DNA of 64,000 bases. Source: Pachysolen tannophilus NRRL Y-2460 (lineage: Eukaryota). Made by a program: the position numbers and the translations under genes. The notes beneath the pieces are model-generated. The model did no database searches. It was given only the letters and a program-made list of their open reading frames with translations, and was not told the DNA's origin. Of this stretch, positions 22,831-34,409 are shown piece by piece (positions within the stretch are counted from its first letter, which is position 1; each line of letters opens with the position of its first letter). The DNA lies in NCBI GenBank assembly GCA_001661245.1, contig KV454015.1:537465-601464 (forward strand), in the 5' to 3' direction.

Positions 22831-25428
22831 ATGGATGGATTAAAGAAAGTGTATGGTAATTATAGTGGGTTGATACTTAGTAGGTCAATTGTGAATTTTT
22901 ACTATGGAAAGAGAAATATTATATTGAAATCATTTTATTTGCTATTGTTGGTATACACAGTTATTGGGAGTACAAGCAAGAGAGAGGATAAGAATAGTCA
23001 TTATAAAGAAACTAAAAATGGGTTGGTAAAGGAGGGAAAGAGTGTGAGTGAGAGTGAGAATAAGAGGACAAGGAACGTGGGGATCATTAAAAAATCATCA
23101 TTGCTTAAACTTATCTTATCAATTATTAGTGTAAATAAGTTTGGTTATATAAAGGCGAATTCAGTTCTTGGAGTTTTAGCCTTGGAGATTTTTCTATTAA
23201 TTTCTCGAGCTTTTTTAACATTAAAAGTTGCTTCTTTGGATGGGGTTTTAGTTTCTGCTTTGGTTTCGAAAAAATACAAGAAATTCTTTTCAAATTTACT
23301 CTTTTGGATGCTGCTAGGTGTACCTGCATCTTTAACAAATTCATTATTGGCATTTTCAGAAAAGATATTATCAAAAAATATAAGAACTAATCTAACCAAG
23401 AATTTGCTTAATGACTATTTACCGGATGATGATAAGAGTACTTTATACAAGTTACTTAATAGAACAAGCACTACAAATGATGCGTTGAGCAGATCTCAAA
23501 ATCATGATTCAAAGCAAGAAAATTTAACATTAATTAATGACCCAAATCAAAGAATAACAACAGATGTTGAAAAATTTTCAAATTCTTTGGCTTCTTTACC
23601 TTCACAGTTACTTAAACCCTCATTAGACCTATTATTATGTGCTAATCGATTAGCAACAGCAGGCAAGAATTCTGCAGAAGGTGTAGTATTTCTTGGGTTA
23701 ATTATTCATTTGTCAACTATATTATTGAAATCTATAACTCCAAATTTTATCAAATTATCACGCAAGGGTAATGAATTGGAAAATAATTTTCATATGTTTC
23801 ATTCAAAAATTGCACATAATAGCGAAGAGATTGCCTTAACTAGAGGGCATAGAAGAGAATTGGATTTGATCGATATAGCTTATTATGAATTGGAGAAATT
23901 TAAAAGATTAGAGCTTAGAAGATTGGCATTTTATGATTTAATGATGAACTTTATTGTCAAATATTTTTGGGGAGCTTCTGGTTTAGTTTTATGTTCTATA
24001 CCCATTTTTTCTCAAAAATTGACGGGGGTTAAAGTAGATACAGATTATATATCAGCAAATTTCATAACTAATAGAAGGTTATTACTCAGTGCCTCTGGTT
24101 CATTAGGAAGATTAATTCACAGTAAGAAAAATGTTCAGAATTTAATTGGATATACGGCCAAGATTATTGAATTTCAAACGGTTCTAGACGAAATAAATTC
24201 AGAGAAAAGAATTGAACACAAGATTAATAGTTATGAGGGTGTAACATCATTCGTTGATGAACATAAAAAGTCAAACTTTAAGGCATTATTTGATTATATT
24301 ACTACACCTTTTGAAATTTTAAGACCCGTACTTAAGGCTAGTACTCCCACCTTTTTGAGTAACTCTGAATCATCTTCAGGAGCAAGGGCTTCTAGTTTGG
24401 AGGAAAAAGAACAACCTTTAATTAGTGGTCCTAGGATTTTTTATGGAGACGAAATTACTTTTGATAGGATACCTTTGATAACGCCAAGTGGTAACTTATT
24501 AGTCAAAGACTTGTCATTTTCAATTAAGGCCAAAGATAATTTATTAATAATTGGTCCTAATGGCTGTGGAAAATCATCTTTATTTAGAATATTAGGTGGA
24601 TTATGGACGGTAGAAGAACCGGGAAAGTTAACTATTCCTTATAATAAGAAAGATTTATTTTACTTGCCTCAAAGAGCTTATTTAACCATGGGTACTTTGA
24701 AAGAGCAAATAATTTACCCCGATTCCATTGAAATGTTTAATGCAGGTATAGAGAAAGCAATGAAGTCGCCTGATAGTATAAAAATTGTTAAAGATGAGAA
24801 GTATTTAGTTCAGTTATTGAAAGTTGTTCATTTAGAACATTTAGTTGACGACTGTTTAACTTTAATTAAGCAAAATAATCAATATTCAGAGTCTAACTTA
24901 ATAGATAATGATGTTTCTGCTTCTTTGGATTTACCTCGAAAATGGTCAGATGTACTATCTGGTGGTGAACAACAAAGATTGGCATTAGCAAGATTGTTTT
25001 ACCACGAACCAAAGTTTGCTGTGCTAGATGAATGTACCTCTTCAATTTCCCCGGAATTAGAGCAAGAATGTTACGAGTATGCTATTTATCATTTAAACAT
25101 TACCGTCTTGTCAGTATGTCACAGAACTTCTTTGTGGAAGTTTCACAATCATTTGTTGAAATTTGATCATGATGAAAGTAACAATGTAGTAGGAACAGTT
25201 AAGTTTACCAAGTTCGACCCAATAACAAGATTAAAATATTACAATGAAAAACTCGAGAATGATAAGGAATTGAAAGATTTAGAGAACATATCAAGAAGGT
25301 TAGACGATTTGAAAAAAATACAAGATGATCAAAGAAGTTTAAGTAGCTTGAGTTTGATGGACATGCAATCATCTTCCATTGCTTCAGAAAATAAGAGTAT
25401 CGAAGGTAAAAGAAATGTAATAGGTTAA
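22831..25428 (+). CDS. PXA2: Peroxisomal ABCD half-transporter, Pxa2-type
   Basis: EAA-like motif NSEEIALTRGHRRELD, Walker A GPNGCGKSS, signature LSGGEQQR, Walker B AVLDECTS. Confidence 0.85.
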   Translation: MDGLKKVYGNYSGLILSRSIVNFYYGKRNIILKSFYLLLLVYTVIGSTSKREDKNSHYKETKNGLVKEGKSVSESENKRTRNVGIIKKSSLLKLILSIISVNKFGYIKANSVLGVLALEIFLLISRAFLTLKVASLDGVLVSALVSKKYKKFFSNLLFWMLLGVPASLTNSLLAFSEKILSKNIRTNLTKNLLNDYLPDDDKSTLYKLLNRTSTTNDALSRSQNHDSKQENLTLINDPNQRITTDVEKFSNSLASLPSQLLKPSLDLLLCANRLATAGKNSAEGVVFLGLIIHLSTILLKSITPNFIKLSRKGNELENNFHMFHSKIAHNSEEIALTRGHRRELDLIDIAYYELEKFKRLELRRLAFYDLMMNFIVKYFWGASGLVLCSIPIFSQKLTGVKVDTDYISANFITNRRLLLSASGSLGRLIHSKKNVQNLIGYTAKIIEFQTVLDEINSEKRIEHKINSYEGVTSFVDEHKKSNFKALFDYITTPFEILRPVLKASTPTFLSNSESSSGARASSLEEKEQPLISGPRIFYGDEITFDRIPLITPSGNLLVKDLSFSIKAKDNLLIIGPNGCGKSSLFRILGGLWTVEEPGKLTIPYNKKDLFYLPQRAYLTMGTLKEQIIYPDSIEMFNAGIEKAMKSPDSIKIVKDEKYLVQLLKVVHLEHLVDDCLTLIKQNNQYSESNLIDNDVSASLDLPRKWSDVLSGGEQQRLALARLFYHEPKFAVLDECTSSISPELEQECYEYAIYHLNITVLSVCHRTSLWKFHNHLLKFDHDESNNVVGTVKFTKFDPITRLKYYNEKLENDKELKDLENISRRLDDLKKIQDDQRSLSSLSLMDMQSSSIASENKSIEGKRNVIG

Positions 25429-25597
25429 GAACGGAAATCAATTTTTTAAACAAATTATTTATTGCTATTCATGTATAAAACATCCCAAAAACTTTTTTTA
25501 TTTCTATAAAATTAAAATGTAATCAATACGGTCCAATAGATTATTTAAAATAAAACATATAATTCCTGCTTTTTTTGCTATATTTTTTTTTTTTTTT

Positions 25598-28387
25598 TCA
25601 GACAAAAGTAATATCAATATTATTCTCATCAATTATGTCCATCCAATCTTTGCCTGTTTCCCAGCATGCAACGGCTACATCTCTAGCTTTAATTGACATG
25701 TGATTTCCTATAGAGCTTTGTTTTGTAAATCTGTCATAGAAGAAATTTCTGACATCGGCGTCCAAACTCTCAGCAGACGCTATGAACATACAAAATAAGG
25801 AACATATTTCAGCTGATGAACAATTTTCTATGTACTTCCGGGTAGTATTTGCAATGGATTTACATAGCGATTGAACAATAGTTGAATCTCTTGGAATCAA
25901 AAAAACCCTGCGATATAAGTGTAACAATCCAGCTTGAAAATAGTTTTTATTCGTAGCACTTAAAACTTTATCATTTGCGAACAGCTCATCTGAATACTTC
26001 TTTTTTCTTCTTTCAGATGACTCAAAAATTTTAGTCAACCTTTCTTTTGTCTCGATTGCTCTAGTGATTAAAGAAATTGGAAGATGCAAGTTGGAGGGAT
26101 CGCAGTTATTGTTTTTAACAAGAAATACATTGACTTCTTTTATTAATGTGATTATACTATCGAAAATAGGCAAGTAACGTAGATCAAACCCTAAAAACAT
26201 ATCGACTGCAACTTTAACTTGTTTTTCAGTTTTAGCATAGTCATCATCTAGTTCCTCATCACTTTCATCAGTATCTGAATATCCATAATTAATATCGTTT
26301 AATTGATCATTTCTCCAGAAATGAACTTTTTGTTGTTGACTACCAACTTGTGGCTTCAAAGAAGAGCATAATGCAGCCAATACATCAATATAGGCAAACC
26401 ATCTTGCAAGGAAAAAGGAAACATCTGATTCCTGGAAAGATTGATTAGAAACGAGACCCGAGCTGCTCCTCTTGGAAGAAATAGAACCAGAAACAGGTGG
26501 AAATACTTTCAGTGGTAAAATATCGTTGAACTCGTTTTGACTATCACTTTTTGCAAAATTTTTCAAAGAATTTGTCTCTGATGAAGATACACTTTTTATC
26601 GAATTTCTTCTAAACAAATGTGTCAGCTTTCTTTTCAATAAAATCTGCTTTGCTCCTTTGATATGCAATTTCCAAGATTTGTGTTTACCTGAAAACATTT
26701 CGTATGATCCAATCATAAGCACCAACGCTAAAGTTAAATCACTTCTTGAAGTTTTATCATCCTGAAGTAAGATTAATAACTCGTTTAAAGCTCTTGATAA
26801 TAGTTGATCTAATACTACCTTAGGTTCTGGTTGTCCCAACATCAAAGTCTTATGTGTTAAACCAAATGCAATTAAGATGGATAAAATTGAATCATTAGTC
26901 ATTGCTAATCTTGGAAGTATAACTTTGAAAGGATTAACCTTATATAAATGTTCCGGAGCAGGAACAAGAATATATGAAGTAACATTGCGGAAAAAATGAA
27001 AATTTTCCAGATAATAAGGTATATTCAATAATAAATCAGGTAAAGGTAATAGCCCTCTCGGTATGGTGTTAAAATTAAAGAAACTATGCAGTTCGTTTGA
27101 TGCACTAACTCCATTAACATTTTCATCGTATGAGGCACCGTGATAATTAGTAAATCTCAGTGCTTCTATTTCTTTGGAATATTCACGGATGTCTTCATTG
27201 ACCTCTTCTTCATCTTCATCAATATTGCTATACTTTGTCAGACGTTTATTTGAAAACATGTTACCTCCACCATTAAAAAGAAAAATATCGTTAGAAAAAT
27301 TGCTTTGAGCAACAGGATCAACCTGTTCAATCTTAGAGATATCCTGTGCGTAGGAATCTAACTCATCTAAAAAATTTGTAAATACTAAATCCGGTTTCAT
27401 CATCTCATTATGAATTGAATTGTGGTTATTATTATTATTATTATTATTATTAACATGTTTATGTTGGTGAACGAAGCCATTGCTGCCATTGTTATTGTTG
27501 GTATTTGTGTTTAAAACTTTCAACATATCTATATCAATATCATGGAATTGAGAACTATCAAATACATTATTACTCTCATTTTTCATTATATTAACGTTAT
27601 CGTTGCCTGTCTTTGACTTTTTATTACCAAAATGGTTCTCCGGACTACTAGCACTTCCACTTGTTCCACTTGTAATAGACTCTAAATCGAAATTACCAGC
27701 TAAAGTCGAAGATAAATCATTCAAAATTCCAATATTTTCAAAATGGAATAATGAATTATTACCACCTACTGTTTCCAATGCATTTGTTAAAGCTTGTAAA
27801 CCAGGAGTTAAAGTTTTCAGTATATAATTGGAAACTTCTGTTTCAAGATTATCGCTTCGCTTATGATGACCATTCTTGTTGCGCTTCAATTTCTTAGCAT
27901 GACTACTATTATTCTCCAAGTTAATACCGCTAGGAACCGATACCTCACTAATTGTATTCAGCGTATCATGTGTATTTGGAAGTTGTTGATCAAACAGTTG
28001 TATCTGCTTTGGAGATTGGGTTACAGATGATACAACATTCCTCTCATTCAAAACTTTGCCAATTTCCGGTTTCACAATCTGTTTAGATTTCTTCAAACAA
28101 TCGTTATTCACATTCTTTGAACGTTCAGTGATAGACAGCACACTAAATCCATTTGAAGTATAGTTTTTCGGTATATCACTACACATTTTCTCCAACTTTG
28201 GTTTCTTATAAGGTCTCCCTCCCCAAGTCAACTTAATAGAGTAATCACATTCTTTACCTCTTTTGATACAACTACCACATGAAGGTCTTTCTTCATCACA
28301 TTTAACTTTTAATTTCTTACAACTTTGACATCCAAATCGACTTCTTGTCCTTTTTTGCTTTGACTCTGGTTTGACATTGGATGACAT
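25598..28387 (-). CDS. Zn(II)2Cys6 transcription factor with a C-terminal fungal-specific TF domain
   Basis: RSRFGCQSCKKLKVKCDEERPSCGSCIKRGKECDY; RWFAYIDVL motif; Asn-rich linker. Confidence 0.88.
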   Translation of the reverse strand: MSSNVKPESKQKRTRSRFGCQSCKKLKVKCDEERPSCGSCIKRGKECDYSIKLTWGGRPYKKPKLEKMCSDIPKNYTSNGFSVLSITERSKNVNNDCLKKSKQIVKPEIGKVLNERNVVSSVTQSPKQIQLFDQQLPNTHDTLNTISEVSVPSGINLENNSSHAKKLKRNKNGHHKRSDNLETEVSNYILKTLTPGLQALTNALETVGGNNSLFHFENIGILNDLSSTLAGNFDLESITSGTSGSASSPENHFGNKKSKTGNDNVNIMKNESNNVFDSSQFHDIDIDMLKVLNTNTNNNNGSNGFVHQHKHVNNNNNNNNNHNSIHNEMMKPDLVFTNFLDELDSYAQDISKIEQVDPVAQSNFSNDIFLFNGGGNMFSNKRLTKYSNIDEDEEEVNEDIREYSKEIEALRFTNYHGASYDENVNGVSASNELHSFFNFNTIPRGLLPLPDLLLNIPYYLENFHFFRNVTSYILVPAPEHLYKVNPFKVILPRLAMTNDSILSILIAFGLTHKTLMLGQPEPKVVLDQLLSRALNELLILLQDDKTSRSDLTLALVLMIGSYEMFSGKHKSWKLHIKGAKQILLKRKLTHLFRRNSIKSVSSSETNSLKNFAKSDSQNEFNDILPLKVFPPVSGSISSKRSSSGLVSNQSFQESDVSFFLARWFAYIDVLAALCSSLKPQVGSQQQKVHFWRNDQLNDINYGYSDTDESDEELDDDYAKTEKQVKVAVDMFLGFDLRYLPIFDSIITLIKEVNVFLVKNNNCDPSNLHLPISLITRAIETKERLTKIFESSERRKKKYSDELFANDKVLSATNKNYFQAGLLHLYRRVFLIPRDSTIVQSLCKSIANTTRKYIENCSSAEICSLFCMFIASAESLDADVRNFFYDRFTKQSSIGNHMSIKARDVAVACWETGKDWMDIIDENNIDITFV

Positions 28388-28823
28388 TTTAAACTATTTC
28401 CAAGACACTTTCAAGTCCACCAACAAACTAACAACCTCCAAAACAACAAAACAATACCCTATAGAATCTAATCTTTGGCTCTTTGACTAATCAACTTCTC
28501 TTCAAAGTAAAGCTAAAAGTATCAATGAATACATTACTCGGTTTCCAGCCGCAATCAAGTTTTTATTATTTTTTTGTTATTTTTTCATTTTTCACCTTTT
28601 ACTAATAATCATCCTTCCAAAATAGGTAAATAAATGCGCCTGTTGATGGATAAATGAACATGACCGATGAGAAGAGATGTTTTCTACGATATTTAAGAAT
28701 CATTAATTGGGGTCATTACTATATATAAATGTACATGATGTTCTTTTGAAATGGGAACTATGTTCAAAGTGGGAAGTATGTTTTGGAAGAAAATGTATAT
28801 AATATTTTTAGAGAAGATATGAA

Positions 28824-31229
28824 TTAATGTTTTCTCTTTGCAACCACTGGATGTGAAGGATCTGAACCAGGCCAGGCTGAAATGATTTTTTTGTTTTTGA
28901 GCTTTTCTTGTTCGTATTCATCATCTTCATCTTCTTCCAGATTAGTAGAGGGATAGATGAAGTCACCTGCTGTATTTAAGAACGCGAGCTCTTTTTTAAT
29001 TTTGTGTATAAAGTCATCATCATCATAAACGTCATTTTCAATATAATTTGATTCATCAGTATAAGAACGAGTATTATTATTATTATTATTATTATTACCT
29101 TCTTCTGATGTTGAATCATGCAAAATTTTTTCTAATTTTTCTTTTAATACTAATCTTATGTTTTTTATTAATTTGTTACCAAATTTTTCATCAATGGGTT
29201 TATTTTTAATTAATAATTTCAACAATTGCTTTGTCATCTTTATGGTTTTCAACAAGAAATCGTTGTTGCTGCTAACCAATGGTGAGTTAAGAGTTATCAA
29301 GACAGCATAGTAAAGCAAAATGTGGATATGTACTGGACAATATTTTAAAGAATCAACAATATCTTTATCGTATAGTACCAAATTTAAGATATTAAAAGCA
29401 GACGAAGTAGCAATCTGAGTAGATACCTGTAAATTATTTTCAGATCTCAAAATACCATTTTCCGCTAGTTGTTTATTTTGATGATCTTCATCTATTTCTT
29501 CATCTATTTCTTCATCGCTTTCGTCCTCGTCATCATCCTCGTCATCATCTGAATTAAGTTCAGCTTCTATAAAACCTCCGGTATTATTTTCAGAAACCAC
29601 ATTTTCAAAATCATCATCAAACTTACTATTCCATTTAGGAAATTCACCACTTTTATCTCTCATACCTCTAATGAAATTCGAATTGATGTGAATTTTAGCA
29701 AAATTATAATATATTAAAGTAGACTTTGATGACCAAACGTTGCTATTGCTGAATCCATTCATTGATGACAACAACACTGTCCATCTAACCATCCATTTAT
29801 CCAACTCTAAATTTGTATTATATGGAATACCAAAGTGCGAAGGATCTAATAAATCCCAGGAATTGCCTTTAAATATTTCATTTGTAACTTGACTACATTC
29901 TATTTGAGAAACTAATCTTATGTCTGAAGTTAATGTTGAATAATTCTTAATCTTACTTGAAGCAAGTGAATCTTTCTTTTGAGATAATAATAACTTTCTG
30001 CAATGCCGTATTATGTTATCACTACTATCCATGATTGGTTTCCTATTAAAAGCTAGAGCTTGTTGACTATCCAATATATACAACAAGTACCATAGTTTTA
30101 ATCTTTTCGTAAAATCTATATCAGTTGAAATAACTTCACTTTCTCGGCTATCATTATTTTTCATGGGGAATGTATTGAATCCATAATTTTTCAGTAATTG
30201 TAATGCTACATTACAAAAACTTTGATTTAACCAAAATCCTGCAATACACAAACTGATTATAGTATTGTAAATTTCTGATTCATTATTACTATTATTACCG
30301 TTATCAAAATCTGGTAATATATCATCCAGATTATACATGATTTTAAAACTATATCTTTCCAAAAAATCTTTCAAAGGCAGTGATAAGTGTTTTAAATCTG
30401 GATGATGCACTGAAGCTATTGTACAAACTGTTAATAATAATAATGACGGTTGCCTATTAAACCATAATTTTTCAATATTAAAATCAGATAACTTGAAACC
30501 AAACAACTGAGGAGATATATTTCTTTCGAAAAATTCAAATAAAGATTCAACTTGTGAAAAATTTAATAAATTTCTAAAATCATATTCCTCGTTTAATTTT
30601 TTATATTCATTACTTGATATCTTTCTTCTTGTTGAAAAATTACTATTTTCTTGTAAATCCAGTCGAAGACTAGTGGCATTATTGATAAGATCATATAAAT
30701 TTTTCTCTTCAGCACTAGTTAACAGTGGAAGTTGCAACTGGTTAACTTCTTGGGGCACTGAGGAAAACCCAAGTAATGCTGGAATATCCAGCAGCAGAGG
30801 AACCCCAGAAGCAGCAGTAGTAGTAGCAGCAGCAACAGAAGCATTCGCTTGATTATTCTGCAAAAGGCTTAATATGTTGTCCAAAGTGTTATCAAATTTT
30901 TGAAGTCTATTTTCCACATCGTCCTTCCATATAGTACTATTATTATCGTTATGCTTTGCAAGATTATCACCATTTTCATCAACTTTTTTATAATTTGAAA
31001 CTTTGAACTCATAAACACACTCAGTATTAGTCTTCAAACATCTCTGACATGGGTTTGAGTAATCTCCATTGTTATTTTCACATTTGATCTTTGCCTTTCT
31101 ACATTCAAAACAGGCTTTTATTCTCCTTGGTATTTTATTACTCTGATGATTATTTACTTTCTTTCTTTTTAACGACCAAGTCTGTAGTAAAGAAGATGGA
31201 ACCTTACCGTTGGTGACTTCTGGAGCCAT
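28824..31229 (-). CDS. Zn(II)2Cys6 transcription factor, Urc2/PriB-like
   Basis: ACFECRKAKIKC...PCQRCLKTNTECVY; LELDKWMVRW and KSTLIYYNFAKIH. ATG at 31229. Confidence 0.82.
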   Translation of the reverse strand: MAPEVTNGKVPSSLLQTWSLKRKKVNNHQSNKIPRRIKACFECRKAKIKCENNNGDYSNPCQRCLKTNTECVYEFKVSNYKKVDENGDNLAKHNDNNSTIWKDDVENRLQKFDNTLDNILSLLQNNQANASVAAATTTAASGVPLLLDIPALLGFSSVPQEVNQLQLPLLTSAEEKNLYDLINNATSLRLDLQENSNFSTRRKISSNEYKKLNEEYDFRNLLNFSQVESLFEFFERNISPQLFGFKLSDFNIEKLWFNRQPSLLLLTVCTIASVHHPDLKHLSLPLKDFLERYSFKIMYNLDDILPDFDNGNNSNNESEIYNTIISLCIAGFWLNQSFCNVALQLLKNYGFNTFPMKNNDSRESEVISTDIDFTKRLKLWYLLYILDSQQALAFNRKPIMDSSDNIIRHCRKLLLSQKKDSLASSKIKNYSTLTSDIRLVSQIECSQVTNEIFKGNSWDLLDPSHFGIPYNTNLELDKWMVRWTVLLSSMNGFSNSNVWSSKSTLIYYNFAKIHINSNFIRGMRDKSGEFPKWNSKFDDDFENVVSENNTGGFIEAELNSDDDEDDDEDESDEEIDEEIDEDHQNKQLAENGILRSENNLQVSTQIATSSAFNILNLVLYDKDIVDSLKYCPVHIHILLYYAVLITLNSPLVSSNNDFLLKTIKMTKQLLKLLIKNKPIDEKFGNKLIKNIRLVLKEKLEKILHDSTSEEGNNNNNNNNTRSYTDESNYIENDVYDDDDFIHKIKKELAFLNTAGDFIYPSTNLEEDEDDEYEQEKLKNKKIISAWPGSDPSHPVVAKRKH

Positions 31230-31423
31230 CACACCTTCTATATTTATATCTCTTTATATTTTAATTTTAATTTTACAATTTAAACGGTAAATGGTATTAA
31301 TATTGTATATGATTTAAAAAAATGTGTACATAAAAAAATTATTAGTAAATACATTTTTATTATTTAATTTGTAAATGTTTTTATAAAATTATATAATCTA
31401 CAAATCGGCCAACGGGGAATGAA

Positions 31424-32638
31424 ATGGAGTTCAATCTAACGGTGTCGGCGACTCCGAAGACGACCACGATATTGAATAATCAAAATAAAAGTAATTTGGT
31501 CTTTCTTAAGCATAATTTGGTTGGGTTGATCTATACTGTATTCTTTCAACGGTTATTTTGTCCAGTGGTACCATCATCATCAAGTTTTATTGGTGTAGAT
31601 TATCCGAAATTCATTGGTCAGGATGATTTGGATAGGTTGATAAATGATACTGTCGATCTGTTTATTTATAAGTTGGAAAGTTTGTTTGATAATAACAATA
31701 ATAATGTTGTGAATTCTTCAAGTAATAAGAAATTTAAAAAAATGCTGTTACCATCGGCTCGTTCTTCATTTTCATCGCCATTTGCATCACCTTCATTGTC
31801 GAGCAATAGTGCAGCTGATGTGAGTGCACCGGTTATTGATATTGGTCTGGGGCAACAACAACAAGATTTTAATGTTAATAATCAGACAACAAAGACTGTT
31901 TCCGGAAGGATAGTGATAATTTTTTATGAGAGATCACTACAAACAGATGATGAGCAACATTTTGAAGGAGCTTTTAGTAGTGATGATAATGAATATATAA
32001 ATCCTTGGGAGAGCTGGACTTTTCATGTGAAGGCTAACGGTACAACGTTTCAGCAACAACAGCCGCAACAACAACAGCTGCATCAATATCAATATCTGCA
32101 AAACGTACCATTATCTTCTCAGTCTACAGGAGGCGTTTTAATCAACGGAGGTGGGAGCGGTATTATTGGTAATAATAATAATAATAATAACAGTAATAAT
32201 AATAGTACTAGTGGTAACTTCCCACTATCAGTTGGAAGCGGTGTTCTGCCAATAGGACCCATATCTAATTTGCATGGCAATAACGAATTAACTCAAGATG
32301 AGATAAAAGAAATTAGAGATGAATTTGCATCTAACTTGGTTGAAATTTTAGAAAACCTGGATACATATAAGGATCATATACCACCTATAACGTCACTAGA
32401 TGGGTTTCCTTATAGATTAATAATAAGTGTTGACAATGGTAATGAAAGTTATTTAGATCCTAATGGGTTACAAAGTAACAGTAATGGAAATAACAATAAT
32501 CATTACAATGGTAATAATAATAATTATAATAATAATAATAATAATAATAATAACAGTAATAATTTTAACTATGTCTCTTCAGGGGAAGAAATCTTAAACA
32601 AGGGTTACAAGTTTATTAAAAAGATACTAAGTGAATGA
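31424..32638 (+). CDS. ATG101: Autophagy protein Atg101 (HORMA domain) with poly-N/Q insertions
   Basis: LIYTVFFQRLF, GRIVIIFYE, PWESWTF and KDHIPPIT...FPY match fungal Atg101 blocks. Confidence 0.75.
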   Translation: MEFNLTVSATPKTTTILNNQNKSNLVFLKHNLVGLIYTVFFQRLFCPVVPSSSSFIGVDYPKFIGQDDLDRLINDTVDLFIYKLESLFDNNNNNVVNSSSNKKFKKMLLPSARSSFSSPFASPSLSSNSAADVSAPVIDIGLGQQQQDFNVNNQTTKTVSGRIVIIFYERSLQTDDEQHFEGAFSSDDNEYINPWESWTFHVKANGTTFQQQQPQQQQLHQYQYLQNVPLSSQSTGGVLINGGGSGIIGNNNNNNNSNNNSTSGNFPLSVGSGVLPIGPISNLHGNNELTQDEIKEIRDEFASNLVEILENLDTYKDHIPPITSLDGFPYRLIISVDNGNESYLDPNGLQSNSNGNNNNHYNGNNNNYNNNNNNNNNSNNFNYVSSGEEILNKGYKFIKKILSE

Positions 32639-32970
32639 TGAACCATTTTACAAATGTATATGATTGAATTAGGGATATAGTTTGCTATCAATTTTTTTTT
32701 TCTTTCTTTTTCACTTTTCCATGTTATTTGTTCAATAATTGTAAAAATTGTTTTCAAAAAAATATAAAGTCAAAAAAAAAAAATAAAAAGAAATAAGAAG
32801 AAGAAGAAGTAGTTACTATAAACAAGTATAAATTTTTTTTCTTTTTTTTTTTATATATATAAAACTAAAAATCACTAAAACCAAAAGGTAAATGATCTAT
32901 CAAATCATGAATATCAAGGAAAGTACTTTTGAAAAAAAAAATTTTTTTTTTTTATTCAAAAAGTATTTGT

Positions 32971-34200
32971 TTATTCAATGATACGAGTGATTAAACCTGT
33001 ACCAACAGTTTTACCACCTTCTCTGATATTAAATCTTTGACCAACTTCTAAAGGAGTTGGATGTAAAAGGGAACATTGCATTTCAACGTTATCACCTGGT
33101 AAGATTTGTTGAGAATGGTCAACATTTTCACCTTCAGGGAAAGTTAATATAACAGTAACATCTGCTGTTCTAATAAACATTTGAGGTCTATAATTTTCAG
33201 AAAATGGAGAATGTCTACCACCTTCTTCTTTTGTTAAGATATATAATGAAGCCAAGAATTTTTTATGTGGTTTAACAGTACCTGGTTTACACAAGACCAT
33301 ACCTCTCTTGATATCATCACGTTTAATACCTCTAAGTAAGATACCAGCGTTATCACCAGCCATTGCTTGATCCAATTCTTTTTTAAACATTTCTATACCG
33401 GTGACAATAGTTTTAATTGGAACATCATTATAACCAACAATTTCAACTTCTTCACCTTTTTTCAAATTACCACGTTCAACTCTTCCAGTAACAACGGTAC
33501 CTCTACCAGAAATTGAAAAAATATCTTCAACAGGCATTAAAAATGGTTTTTCTAAATCTCTTTCAGGAGTTGGGATATGTTCATCAACAGCATCCAATAA
33601 TTTCATGATAGCATCTTTACCAATTTCTGGACGTTTACCTTCCAAAGCACATAAAGCCGAACCCATAATGACTGGAGTATTATCACCATCAAATCCATAA
33701 GAAGTTAATAATTCTCTCATTTCCATTTCAACCAATTCTAACATTTCTGGATCATCAATAGTATCAACTTTATTAACAAAGACAACTAAATGTTGAACAC
33801 CAACTTGTCTAGCCAACAACAAGTGTTCTCTAGTTTGAGGCATTTGACCATCAGAAGCAGCAACAACAATAATAGCACCATCCATTTGAGCAGCACCGGT
33901 AATCATATTTTTAATATAATCAGCATGTCCAGGACAATCAACATGAGAATAATGACGCTTAGCAGTTTCATACTCAACATGAGCAGTTGAAATAGTAATA
34001 CCTCTTGCTCTTTCTTCTGGAGCCTTATCAATAGCATTATAATCCAAGAAATTGGCACCACCTTCTGTTGCTAATACTTTAGTAATAGCAGCGGTTAAAG
34101 TGGTCTTACCATGATCAACATGTCCAATTGTACCTATATTAATATGAGGCTTTGAACGATCAAAAGTAGCAGCAGAACGAGCAGATTGGAAAACAAAAGT
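32971..34200 (-). CDS. TUF1: Mitochondrial elongation factor Tu, main body; the native 5' end is not on this strand
   Basis: [43 protein letters not shown], ending [17 protein letters not shown]. Confidence 0.95.
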   Translation of the reverse strand, partial: TFVFQSARSAATFDRSKPHINIGTIGHVDHGKTTLTAAITKVLATEGGANFLDYNAIDKAPEERARGITISTAHVEYETAKRHYSHVDCPGHADYIKNMITGAAQMDGAIIVVAASDGQMPQTREHLLLARQVGVQHLVVFVNKVDTIDDPEMLELVEMEMRELLTSYGFDGDNTPVIMGSALCALEGKRPEIGKDAIMKLLDAVDEHIPTPERDLEKPFLMPVEDIFSISGRGTVVTGRVERGNLKKGEEVEIVGYNDVPIKTIVTGIEMFKKELDQAMAGDNAGILLRGIKRDDIKRGMVLCKPGTVKPHKKFLASLYILTKEEGGRHSPFSENYRPQMFIRTADVTVILTFPEGENVDHSQQILPGDNVEMQCSLLHPTPLEVGQRFNIREGGKTVGTGLITRIIE

Positions 34201-34409
34201 TTCCTTTTCTGGAAACTCAAAATTTTTCACCAAAAAAAAAATCATCAAAAAAAAAAATTTGGGAGTTTCTCTGCTAATAGGAACAACATAAATTGTTAAT
34301 AAATATTAAATAAAGGTATTAAATTAAATTGAATTAAAAAAGAATTTTTGTTTTTTTTTTTTTTCTTTTTTGCCGTAATTTATCTTTTTGGCTCAGGAAA
34401 AGAAGAAAG

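Noticed and set aside
32160..32570. (AAT)n arrays as CRISPR-like or mobile repeats
   Set aside because: Simple poly-Asn microsatellites inside coding regions, with no spacers or terminal repeats.
34207..34248. ORF-track N-terminus of TUF1 ([15 protein letters not shown])
   Set aside because: Derived from T-homopolymer and RRPE promoter sequence, acidic, and unlike a mitochondrial presequence.
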